DNA of 64,000 nt from Lama glama. Taxonomy: Eukaryota. The position numbers were made by a program, and so were the translations under genes. The notes beneath the pieces were generated by a model. It made no database searches and had not been told where the DNA came from. It worked only from the letters and a program-made list of their open reading frames with translations. Positions 41,141 through 53,100 of this stretch are shown here, one piece after another. The number at the start of each line of letters is the position of its first letter. Within the stretch, counting starts at the first letter, position 1. Location: the NCBI GenBank assembly GCA_028534125.1, contig CM052818.1, forward strand, positions 24,492,001 through 24,556,000, written 5' to 3'.

Positions 41141-44100
41141 CCTATGTTCAGACTGAGGCCCCACAGCCAGAGAGTGGGCTCAACCCAGGCATTTAGAGTT
41201 TCCGATGCTCCATACGTGATTACAGTATGCAGACGGTTCCAAAACAAGCCTCTTAATTTATTAGCCGACTTAGTGAAAGAATAATTGGTCCTCTCGAAAT
41301 CAGTACTTCTCACACCTTCACTTGCAATGGCATTATCTGAAGGTCTTAATAAATTGCATTTCTGATTTGGTGGGTCTGGGTGGGCCCTGGGATGATGCAC
41401 TTCTGACAAGCCCCCAAGCAAGGTGAGGCTGCTGGTCACTTCCTAAGGGTTGGTGAGCCCTTACGTGTTCATGGCACTTTTCAGTTCGTCCCAGTAGGAC
41501 CTTGATCTCCAGATTTTAACATTTTAAGACCATCGTCATTGAATATAATAGATGCTGCCCCTCTTTTAAAAACAGAACTGAAAATCTCTCATTGCTTGTG
41601 TAGGCAGTCTTTGTTAAGGTAAAGATGAAACAATAACCTCTATACTAATTCAAAATAATGATTCAGGTCCTTTAAAGTGGTCATAAAAATCCTGCACAGC
41701 TGACTGAATAAGAGACCTTGCGGGTCACGTAATTGAAGGATATTGGTCTTCGGAGTCAGCCACCCAAGAGTCTCACTTTGTGACCTTGGAAGTGACTTAA
41801 CGTCTCTGAGTCATTGTTTTCCTCTGTAAATTGTCAGTAGTAGAGATTACTTCCCCCGGCTGCTATGAAGAGAGGTGAACCAAGAAATACAAAATGCCCA
41901 TCAGTCCGTTGACCTCTGAGTATGCCTAAAGAGAGGTTTAAAAATAAAATAAAGTAAACTTTAAAAGAGGCATTGTAGCCTCTACGTATGTGACATCCTC
42001 ACTAAAATCTTTTTTATTGTGTGAAGATTCAGAAAGAGCCTCTTCTTTTTAATCCTCCAACTCATCTTTTTCTCACTCCTTCCAACATCAAGGGCAACCT
42101 TAGGGAAAAGAGACCTCAGAAGGAGAGGTTGAGGCTGAAATTTGAAAGGAAACTGGTACTACTTTGGCTTACTGATGAGAGATTAGAATATGTGTTGAAG
42201 AGATTTTCTTTTTTAGCTCCCTCTAATAAAACCATCTCTTTCTTTTCTTTCTCATTGTCTACCTGAGTCAGCCCCTGACATAAGAACTCCTTTCTAGGAT
42301 GTTTGAAAGTGTTTAGGTCCTTTGAGACCCATTGGTTAGGCGACAAACTGGGAAGTAAAGTACAGATATGGGTTAAGAATCGTCAAAGGAAAGGCACTGC
42401 AAAATTCAAAAGGAACGACCATCTTTTTCCACTAAATGAATTGAGCTTTCTTAACCAAATGCTTTTTTCTAGAAATGGAACCAAAATGTATTTCCATAAA
42501 AATTTTAGCCATCCTAAGAAACTATTTAACATCTTAATGCTATCATACGATTAGTAACTGCTTTGCTCATTTACAGAAAACATAATTTTTATAGTAGATT
42601 CTTTACAGTGATGTAAAAAAAAATCAAGTGAGAAATTCTTGCCTTCTTCATAATAATTATAGTAGTTGAAAACTGTGTGACACTGTTTTTCTTTTTGTTC
42701 TTTATCCGTGCAATAATAGTGCAGGAGTTGTTGGATGAAGGGCTGCGTCTACCCGACTACTCCAGTCTTGTCCTGGTTAACCCCGTCAATTTAAAGGAAT
42801 AGTATCAGCTCTCTCTGACCGCTTCCCACTGGTCAAGAGAACCAAAGTACAGCCAGCATGAATCTATGTTCTCAGGGAGAGGGAGTCCTTGTGACAGTGC
42901 ACAGGCCCTGTGGATGTGGGGTCCGTGCGGCAGTGGGCGTGAACTGGAGGGCTGGTAAGGGCCCTTCAATCCTTGAGCTTCCATTTCCACTGCATAACTG
43001 TAAGGAACAGAGAGGAGGCTACTTCTGTTGATCATCAGGCTATAGGAACTGGGTGCTTCACGAGATCGGCTCCATCTCATGTGACATCTGCAGTGACAGG
43101 AGAAGTGATGACAGTCTCTTTCATGCATTAGGCTCTAGAAAGTGAGCAAAAAACATCCCAAATATATGATCCTTTAAAACTTACATAGGTTAATTTCACC
43201 TTCTCTACATTTGCCAGGGGGAGACAGAGTTCTCTCCCGAAGCAAAAGGTGAGTAAGTATTACCAGTCTGTTCTGACTTTTGCCTCTCTTGATTCAGAGG
43301 GCTAATGCATAATAATTGACTTTATCTTGCCTCTTTAAATTGACTGAATGGTCCTTTAATAATCAAGTTTCTTATTAATAGCTTTACTGTGCAAGAGGAG
43401 CAAAATCAATATATAATTTAATGGCTCCTCCTGTCAGGGGCACTATTGATTGTATTACTAATGATTTTGAAATAACGTGCCATTATGCAAATCCCATCTA
43501 TTTTAGGTGCCTTTGCCAGGCATCTACAGAGGTACTGTTTTCCTTCATAGTTGATTTTCCAGTGTCACAGTCGTCAAATACTGAAACATTTTCTAAGGAT
43601 TATGATCCCAGTGAGTACTGATACTCTACTAGTAAATGATAAGCATTTATTTTATCACACAAACAAATTGGACAGGACCCTATTTTTTCTCACATGCATT
43701 AGCTATTCAGACTATAGAAAATAAACCTATCACAGCAATAGAGGATTAAATTCACCAAGGATAAACAACAATACGTTATTTGGATTTTTCTATCTATTTG
43801 TGAATAAGTGGTCATGTTGCCCTTTGGGAATGACACTGGGAGCCTTTCCTAAAGAAATGCTTGCCCTGTTAGCAAGATCATGCCAACCATCTCCACTGTG
43901 TTTTCTTTAATCCTGCAATCTAATAAAGTACATGATGAGATGGGGGGTGAGCTGGGGGTGCAAGATGGAGAAAGATAAGCTAAATGTTTTTAAGTAATAT
44001 AAGCAGGAGCATTGTAAAATGACACCCAGTCTAATGAACGCTGCCATAAAGTGCCTTGATAATGAATTTGGGACCATTAGGTCCCGAAGACTGTAGCGGG

Positions 44101-46165
44101 TCCCTTCTAATGGCCATCAGCATTTTCTCTGCCCTGATCAGATGATGCTGATTGCTTTAGCAGAGATGCATAAGTAGAGTTTATAATTACAAGGCAGTAA
44201 GATGGAAATGAATACCTAAAATGCATAAGTTGGATGACAAAGAGGGTAGATGTTTGGCAGGTTTTTGAAGAGTAAATTTGACCTCACTTACCAAGTTCGG
44301 TTCTGAAATTAAAAGCATATGTATCATCATTTCTTAACATCTTCTTGTGTTTTCTCTAATATGTAGTATTTTTTGGATATTGAGGAATGATCAGATACCC
44401 CGGTGTAGTCAGAGCAGGCTGGAGTCATGCTATACATATATATATTTATATATATATAATATATAAAGATTTATATAAAATATAAATAGGTCAGTTCCAG
44501 AAAACAGTTCTAGAAATTAGACAGGAACTGTCCACTGAAAAAATGTGGTTGAATTTTGTCACATTGTTGGTAGTTTTGTAAATATCTAACTAGTCTTAAA
44601 AAATGGTTATTGCTTTAGTCATTTACAGCCGTTCATCCAACCTTAGTATTTTAGTCTTCGAGGACACAGCTCAGATAGAAAAGGTACTGTCATGCGCTGC
44701 AACGCCTGAGTAGTGAGAAATTGGAATGTGAGCCTTCTGGGCGATGTTCTTTAGCCAAGGAGCAGGGAGGAGGTCATGAGACTCCCAAGGACTGGAAGCA
44801 ATCATTTGATTTCACTTAGCGCTGGGGGCTGGGAAATTCAGATTATTAAAAGCAACTTCTGTCTTTATTCTCCTTCGTATGAGAAGAGAAGACTGATGCT
44901 ACTTGGTAGGCATAGGTCTAAATGAAACTTGAAACTTAATGGCTTAGGTCAATAATTTTTTAAAAAAAGATTATAAACTAATTTCCTTCTAGAAGACCTA
45001 GAAAATTCCACCCAAACTAAATAATGTCCATGACATTAAAACTCTTTGTCTATATAAACTTACTGTTTCAAAACCTTTCATCATAAATGTTCTTGGCTAA
45101 TGTTACTGAAAAAAATTTTTTCAAGTACAAACAAGTGTTTGGGGGCTCTGAGTAAACTGTAATACATGAAGTGATTAAGCCCTTTATAATTAGAAGGTAA
45201 CATTAGATTTATTTGCAGAGTCATCGAGGCTTATGGGGAGTTGAGATTTGCATAATATTTGCATTCATCCTACCTACCTGCCCATCAGTCACTCGCAACC
45301 AGAGGACACTAAGGCAAGAAGTACTACAGGATGGATTGCAGGAAGAATTTGTAATGAAACGCCTCAGTGTGTTAGTGGAGTTTGAAAATAGTGTAAATGG
45401 TGTATTTTGTCAAAGCTGAAACTCAACATTGGGAGGGAAGAAAATAACCAGAACATCATGCCTCCCCACCCCCACCTTGGGAGCCCTCGGCTTCTGTCTT
45501 TAGAAAGACAGACAAAACAAGAAGGGCTTGTGATCTAGGTGGAAAATCTGACTCACCTGAAAAAGAGTTTGATTCTAGGACATTGGGAGGGGTAAGAGAA
45601 AAGGCTTTTATTTTACTTTGTGATGCTCTTATACATGTATTATTTGAATGAAATTGTATGATAAAAATGTTACATTTGGAAATACAGATATGCAGAGAGA
45701 AAGCCAAAAAAAAAAAAAAGACCCAGATGCCTATTACTCAGAGATAAACCTCTGTTCCTATTTTGATGTAATTTACTGATTTGTTTCAAAGGAGTGAGTT
45801 TCAGAGCACAGCTCAGACAATCCTATGGTGAAGGCATTTACTAAATCAATGTATTTTTCTCTTATTATTGTGATCTGTGTTTTTCTCCTTCTTGTGGTGA
45901 TGATAAACCCATTTGTATGAGTGCTATATTTTGGCTGAAATAATTCTGTGGTGCTGGGCAGGGGAGCTGTGCATCGGGTGACCTCGCCAGTCTCGCAGAC
46001 CCATCCCACACCCCTTCTGGAAGGACAGTCTCACAGCACAGACGCTGCTCGGTTGCCGTTCGTCTGGAAGTGCAGCTCGTTAACCTTGCTCTCCTCTTCT
46101 CGTCATTCCTTCTCTCCTCTTTCCTCTTCCCCTTGTTCGTCAATTTCTATTCTTCTCTGTTTCAG

Positions 46166-46272
46166 CAAAACAATATCAGTCAAGGTAATTGATGATGAGG
46201 AGTATGAGAAAAACAAGACCTTCTTCCTTGAGATTGGAGAGCCCCGCCTGGTGGAGATGAGTGAGAAGAAAG
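46166..46272 (+). CDS. SLC8A1: NCX1 mutually exclusive exon A (107 nt; excitable-tissue isoforms)
   Basis: tttcag|CAAAACA...AAGAAAG|gtgggg; encodes KTISVKVIDDEEYEKNKTFFLEIGEPRLVEMSEKK; phase 2 in, phase 1 out. Confidence 0.98.
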
Positions 46273-46815
46273 GTGGGGGAGCTGCTCCAGGGTTGAGCCC
46301 AACAGCTTCTGCTGGCCTGTGCCACCCCTGGATGCCTGCACTCTTCAGAATGTGACTTACAAAGCACACATCCCTCTGCCTATGTAACAGGGCATAGCTC
46401 TCTGCTGGGGCCACAGTGGACCCGGCCTACAGCTCCATCAGCCATCAGTTTTGGCCACTCTTCACATTACAGTCTGAGATATTAATCAGATATTAATCAA
46501 GTCTCCATTTCTGGGAAAGTTGGTGCTGATGCTTGCTACACCCAAATAAAGCCAGCTTTCTTTTTTCTCTTCACAATTTGGGGCACCTCCCGCCTGTTCC
46601 TTGAAGCAGGAAGAATTGGTGAAAGCGATGAATGAACAAAGAAAACTCAGCAAGGGCCAGCTGAGAGCACCCAGATGCCCTTTTACATACTTCCGGGGGC
46701 CCATGTGTGGCCAGTTCTCCCTCCATAACATCACAGTAACATTCTGCCTGGTGAACACCTAGCATGAGCGTGTGACTCCAACCATTTGTTTTGCCTTTGT
46801 CTTGTGTTCCCACAG

Positions 46816-46919
46816 GAAGATCATTACCATTAGAATATATGACCGTGAGGAATATGAGAAAGAGTGCAGTTTCTCCCTTGTGCTTGAGGAACCAAAATGG
46901 ATAAGAAGAGGAATGAAAG
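46816..46919 (+). CDS. SLC8A1: NCX1 mutually exclusive exon B (104 nt; non-excitable/kidney isoforms)
   Basis: cccacag|GAAGATC...ATGAAAG|gtgtga; encodes KIITIRIYDREEYEKECSFSLVLEEPKWIRRGMK; paralogous to exon A (shared EEYEK). Confidence 0.98.
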
Positions 46920-49507
46920 GTGTGAGAGTATACAAAGACATACCAGCGAGAAATTGTACTCTTCTCTCTCCGTGTCTCCCTACTCTCACACTTAACTCTC
47001 TCCTCTTCCTCGGCTTCCAAGAACTATACTTCATCTCCTTTGAAGCTTTAGCAATTTCATTTCCCTTCCCTGATTCCCAAGTGCACCAGGCAATGCCCAT
47101 TTTCTTCAGGAAATGCCAGCTTACCTTGATTGAAACCAGATTTCATAAACACTGGAAGAGATTTCTGTAATTCAGAAGTGATGATGTCAGAGAAGGCTTT
47201 ATGTGTTTAGGTTGTCACTATTCAGGAATCATTCTAAAATTTGGTTCCAGCTGTTAGATATCTCCTAGAATGGTAGAGATAAAGTCTACATAATACCTGT
47301 TAGTCATGGTGGATGAGTCTCATGGAAACTAATAGGAAATTCAGAAGAACTCAATAATTAGGTTTCCTTAGAGAAGCCAGCTTTCAAAACAAAAATACTT
47401 AATAAGAACAAAGATTCTTAAAGAGTCGTATTATCGATATCCTAATGTTCATTTTGGCATAGTTTTCAATTTTCATATCATCAGATATGACATTTAAAAG
47501 GGACCATATGTCTGAAACCACAACCACACCGATTTTCTTTAGTAGGAAGGCTATGGTAGTTCAGTAAGAACTGAGCCCTTCCTTCAAGCCTATCCAACCT
47601 TATGCTTCAAAATCTTTTGAGTCTTGTAGAATTGACAAATTTCTAACATATAGAGAAAAAAAAAAAGAAACAGCAGTATCCTTATAATTAGATTTTTTTG
47701 GTTGATTTGTATTTATATTTTTAGAAAATATTTAAAGAAGCCAGTTTGGGGTTTTTTTTTCACTTTCTTTGATTTTATATCTATTTTATATGGCTTATAT
47801 ATTTGAGAAAGAAGGACAGGAATTTTATACCAGCTTTAAAAATAGTTTTTTTTAAAATTCTGAATTATTGTGAGGGCTTCCTATAATTATCCATTAACAG
47901 TGGCCTTTTTCAAAGCAATACCGTACATTTACATATGTATGTAAATGAGCACAGTATGTATTAATTGCTCTTGCAGTTGTTAATTGTATAAAACAATTGA
48001 CGAGAGGCAGTGTACATGATGAGATAACCACTTTGCAAGAAATGTGTACATGTAAAGAAAAACATCAAACACAAAGGACTAATTGCTATATGGGCCCAAC
48101 ATTTGGGGGAATTTAACTAATCCCACTTTTGGAAAAATTCAGTGGCCTCAGAGTCCTTTGGGAAAAAAAACAAAAACAAAAACAAAGTATATGTCCCCAG
48201 CTTTCATCATGCTCAGAATGCTAGCAGGAGCCTTTGGAATGATGGAGAAAGAAGCACGGGGGACCCCTTTCAAGGCAGTCTTATTTAACATGCTCCATAG
48301 GCAGCAGGTGAAAGGGAAGGACACTTTAGAAAACTGTGCTGATTTCTTACAAAGACGGGTCAAAAATTCCTCATTAACATACAGGAAAAAGCACTTACTT
48401 CTAAATGTATTCCTCTAAAGAACTGCCTTTCCTCTCAAGGAAGAGCATCTTGGGTACAGCTCTTTCAATTGTCATTTTAGTAAAATATGCCTTCTCTTAA
48501 AAGCAAATTTAAATTCCTTGAGCACACTATCTGCTTCCTCACCTGCCAAGTGGATCCTTGTCACTATAAATAAGATTACTGATTTGTTTTAGGAAGTATC
48601 CACTAATGCCACTACCATTAGAGAGAAAAGTGGGCCTGAAAAAGTAATTGTATCATTCCCATCCACAACTCTGGAAGTTATTTATTTGATACATTTACAC
48701 AGGTAGCTTTCACCAAAAGAAAGTGCTACCCCTTAATCGGGGTTTAAAGCATGTAATCTGAAAAACAAACTATTATCTGTTGCACACCCCCAACCCCCGC
48801 CCTGCACCCCCAATGCCTCCCCTCCCTACCTTGTCAGTTTCCATGGAATTATATGTCTACAAGAAGCATTCTGGTTGTCCATTTATAAAGGGCAGAAGTC
48901 ACACTGGGAATTCCTGGCACTCAAGTTTTGAGGATTTTTAAAGTGTAAGCATTCTTTGATGGCCAAAGTATCATGCAAGTAGAACCTCCAATAAGAGAGT
49001 TTCCCCTTGGGCGGCCAAAGTGGAATTTCCTAAGATGTTTTCTCTGTTTTCCTTGAATGAAAAGTACAGTACCAGAGATCGTGAATGATTTGAGACTTCC
49101 ATGTGATGAATTAACTAATAACTCCCAGGCACTATTTCAAGAGGAAGACTCACTCGAATAAAGTTTAGGATTAACTTCCTAAAATGTTTCTACTATATTT
49201 GGTAAGCTAGATACATACGTTGTGTATAAACATGAAGTAGAAATGTTCTCTTAAATGTCAAGAAATACTATACGAAGTGAATTGTTTATGTATCCAACCA
49301 ATCGCACACATCTGCAGAAATTAGTGCTGGGATTATTTGGAAATTTTCCCGCTGCCACGTTTACTTGGCGTGCACCAATTTTTTTAGCAGCAGCTCCCCA
49401 CTAGTGTAATCAGATCTGCCTGGATTTCTTTCTGCTGATATTCCTCTTACTTTCATTATTCATCTGGTCTCTTATTCTGTGTTTGTCTTTGTCTGTTTCC
49501 TTCACAG

Positions 49508-49528
49508 CCCTGTTATTGAATGAGCTTG
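49508..49528 (+). CDS. SLC8A1: NCX1 cassette microexon C (21 nt)
   Basis: ttcacag|CCCTGTTATTGAATGAGCTTG|gtaagc; encodes (A)LLLNEL; phase 1-1. Confidence 0.96.
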
Positions 49529-49957
49529 GTAAGCATTTCATTTCTTGCATTTCCTTGCCATTTTTCTAGTTTATTTTCCATTTCTGTCAGGTGATATAAT
49601 AGCTTTCTGACTTTTATTTCTATTGATTTATTAGCAAGCTTGTTTAGCACCATTGGCCTCATAATTTTGTAAAGGTCAGAGAGTTCATATTCCACGATTA
49701 GTTTAGTATAAGCTTTTTAAAAATCAGTGATTTCTTAGATGTGTACAATAACTAAATTTGTGCACTAAACTTCATAATCTTAAAAAAATGATTAGTGTTT
49801 AAAGCATACGTGGGTGTTTTCACATTTTTCTTAATTGTAAATATAATTTGGCAAGTTTTTGTACCTTGGGTGGGTTGTCAGGCAATCTGATGTCAGTGGT
49901 ATTTACTTAGAGTATAAATTAAATAAATTGTAACATTTATTTTTTTTTCTTTTCTAG

Positions 49958-49975
49958 GTGGCTTCACAATAACAG
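49958..49975 (+). CDS. SLC8A1: NCX1 microexon D (18 nt)
   Basis: tttctag|GTGGCTTCACAATAACAG|gtatga; encodes (G)GFTIT; phase 1-1. Confidence 0.96.
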
Positions 49976-50089
49976 GTATGAACTTTTAAAGTCTCATGTA
50001 TCAAATTTTATTTCTTACTGTCTGTTCTCACCATGTTTTGTTTATCTTTTTATAAATTTATTTCTCATTTTTATTTGCTTTTAATGAAG

Positions 50090-50104
50090 GAAAATACTTG
50101 TATG
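50090..50104 (+). CDS. SLC8A1: NCX1 cassette microexon E (15 nt)
   Basis: aatgaag|GAAAATACTTGTATG|gtaaga; encodes (G)KYLY; phase 1-1. Confidence 0.94.
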
Positions 50105-53100
50105 GTAAGACAATTGTTTTTTTAATGTTCCTCATCTTCCCCCAAATACCCTTCAATATCAAACAAAAACCACATCCTTTGTAACTTGTATTAACATTTA
50201 GCTGTGGCACATGGCGTGCTCTTGCTGATTCTACACATTTAACATTTTACACATTAACAGTGTGCGTGTTGTGTTTATTTATGAGCAAATTTGTATGGAG
50301 AACCTGTAATTATTCACATTTTGATACTGATCAGTTTACAAATGTTCACATAGCGCTGAAGATGGGCAGTGTACCTTGCTCAATGTTCCTGAGAGCACCA
50401 GAATAAATGGAACCATTGCTGAGCTCAAGGAAACACAGCAGTTGACAGCCAAGCCTGCTCCAAGGCCCAGGCTCAGAATCCTAATTGTATATAATGCCCT
50501 GATGGGAGCGGACAAAGCGTGCCTTGCCCTCATCCCACCACACCAATCTGAGAAGTGTTAGCATTCGTAACACGGTCATGAATAACATGTCTGCCATGTG
50601 AAGCACATTACAGAGTACTCTGTAAAAACTCAAAATGCCAGTCAAGAAGTTTAAAAGTCTTAAATTCAGAACGGTACCCAGCTACCGTTGTTTGCTTTTT
50701 TAGCACAACTCTAAAGTTATTTCCTTGTGTGCAGAAGGAAGACATTTCCTTACAGCATCATCTCCTTGACCCTATTTTCTTACCCTTTCAGAATCCTCTA
50801 TGTAGATTTAGAGAGGGAGATAAACTTTAAAGGGAAGGTCTGATTTGTCTGAAGCTGCAGGTTGAGGATGTCTCTGAAAGGCCATCCTAATGGCCATAGC
50901 ATTTTCCAATATAATTATACAGATATCCATAGTCTAATTATTTTGCCTGAAATCAGATGGTGGAATAAGAATATTTAGAAAAGAAATATTTTAAAAAATT
51001 CTAATTTTGAAAATGTTATGGTGGGAGATGGGGTTGACTTAAACAACCTTTAATGTAAGCTCATGATCAAGTAGTTCCAACATGATTCTGTCCCAAGTGG
51101 AACTTTCTGAATACGTGCAATTTCACGTGGGCCATCACGCTCCACTGCTTCTCTTTGGACACTGCATTTAATGGCAAAATGATTCATAGGCTCTTGGAGA
51201 CATGGAAATTGAAGGATAAAAAAGTTACAGAGGACAAGTCCTCATAGAGGATTTCTTAACCCTGATTCACTGACGCTCTCCCAGGTCAAGTCTCTCCAGT
51301 TCTGCACCGCCAAAGAAGCTATTTTTGAATCCTAGTGCAGGAATTTACATTTATTTTTAAAACTTATCTCCTCCTTTTTTTTTTTATCCCATCATTTTAA
51401 TTTATTGGCATCTCTTTGGAAATGTTGTGATTCTATCACCCAATAAGTTAATTAACCTTGTGCGCTTTGAGGAAGGTAGGAATTTGGCAAGCCAGCCTTC
51501 ATGGCTTCCTTGAAGTAATTTTTTAAAATTTTTTAAAAGGAAAAAAAGGGAATCATTGTAGGAATAGGACAATGTCTACAGATTCTTCAGCCCTGTGGAG
51601 CCTGATAATGAGACCTTAACTTAGAGTCTTTGGCTGCAGAATGCCTTGTTAAAATGCATGGCTGTGTTTGGATATCTTTCTTTCTTATCACTGAATATGT
51701 CAGGATTCCTTTGTTAGGGCCTTCTTTCCATATCACTTGAAGCATCTTCCCTTTCAGTAGCTAGGCAGTGGGATCCTAGTCTTCTTTCCTCAGAGATTGT
51801 TCATTTCAAGTTCTAGAACACCTGTCCAGTAATGTCCAGCCTTTCCTGTCTTGGACACATGACGCATCCAAGAGGACAGCCTCCCTTCTTCCAAAGGTTT
51901 TCTATCATTTCATGTACTTCATTAAGTTCTTTCTTATGACTCGAACTTTAGTCTCCAATAGCAACTATCTTGTTGTTACCACCTCTTCCCAAAGTTTGAA
52001 ATTGATGCAGTTAAAATGAGAGAATGTTGCAGAACTCTCTAGGAACCTCTCCACTGGCTTCTCCACTTCTGAACTAGGCCAGAATGCCTGGGATCCGCCC
52101 TCTATAGACGCCTCTGGGAAGTGTCCGAAAATTCAGGTCTACACTGTGAAAAGCAGCTGTAAGCTCTAAAGAACTTTTCTTTGAAGTCAGTTTGAGGCTT
52201 TGAAGTCCAGGCTTTGAAATACAGGGGCCGTAGAGAAGAGTTAATCAAGCTCTTGGACTTTGTCTGCAGCTTGTACGTGGTCTTGTGCAGCTGAGTGTGA
52301 AAATCTAAATTTGAAGCAGGATATATGGAAACTGAAAAAGTCATTTGGTCCACAACCCAATACCTATATTTCAGAGATCTCATTAGTGATGAACATTAAA
52401 TACTAAAGGTGCTTTTGGAATTTGCCGATCTTAACCTGTTGCTCCTAGACTTTATCTCAGTGAAAGGCCCCTGTTGGGACCTGTGATGTAATTCCCCCTT
52501 GACCCTCCAGGCACATAACATGATAACCCCTATACATTATAGCTTCTTAGAGTTTGTAAAGCATTTCTTATTCATTATATCATTTAATCCTCAACCTTAT
52601 GGAATAAGATTTTAGTGTTCTCACTTACAAGAGAGAAAACAAAGGTTCAAAGAGATAAATCACTCTACTCCAAATCACCCATCCAGCACTTAGAGCCTGG
52701 GCCTCTGACTTTAAGTCCAACGCCACGTAATTACTGTTTGATCCCAGCACTTTTAGTTCCCCCAACTCCTTCATTCCTACCTTCATGTTAATCCTTTTTA
52801 ATCCAAAGTCCCATTATGTCTCTTAAATGCCAACAGTATGAATTCTAGTCAAATGAAAAATGAGGGGGACCCCAAAGTGGGAGAAATAGATTACCTGAAT
52901 TTGGATATTTTTAATAAAGTTAAGTATTCTGGTTCAATTTGGAGAGAAAGAGGCACATTTGATTCCCAAAACAGACTGCTCAAGAGTTTCCTGATTAATT
53001 AAAAGTATGTAACAATCAATATGCCTCTTTAAAAGTCACTCTTCCAATCATATTGTACTCATTGCTCAATAGACTCCATAAAGCACTTGGCTTTTTCAGG

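Noticed and set aside
1..46165. circSLC8A1 source exon or a nested gene/processed pseudogene
   Set aside because: The large NCX1 coding exon is not in this window, and no other protein homology was recognisable by eye; a weak pseudogene could have been missed
45948..47170. 135-aa and 132-aa ORFs as independent genes
   Set aside because: Only the AG/GT-bounded exon A and B portions match NCX1; the flanks are intron read-through
49951..49965. AG|GT at the start of exon D as a recursive splice site
   Set aside because: GTGGCT is a poor donor and is explained by Gly codons
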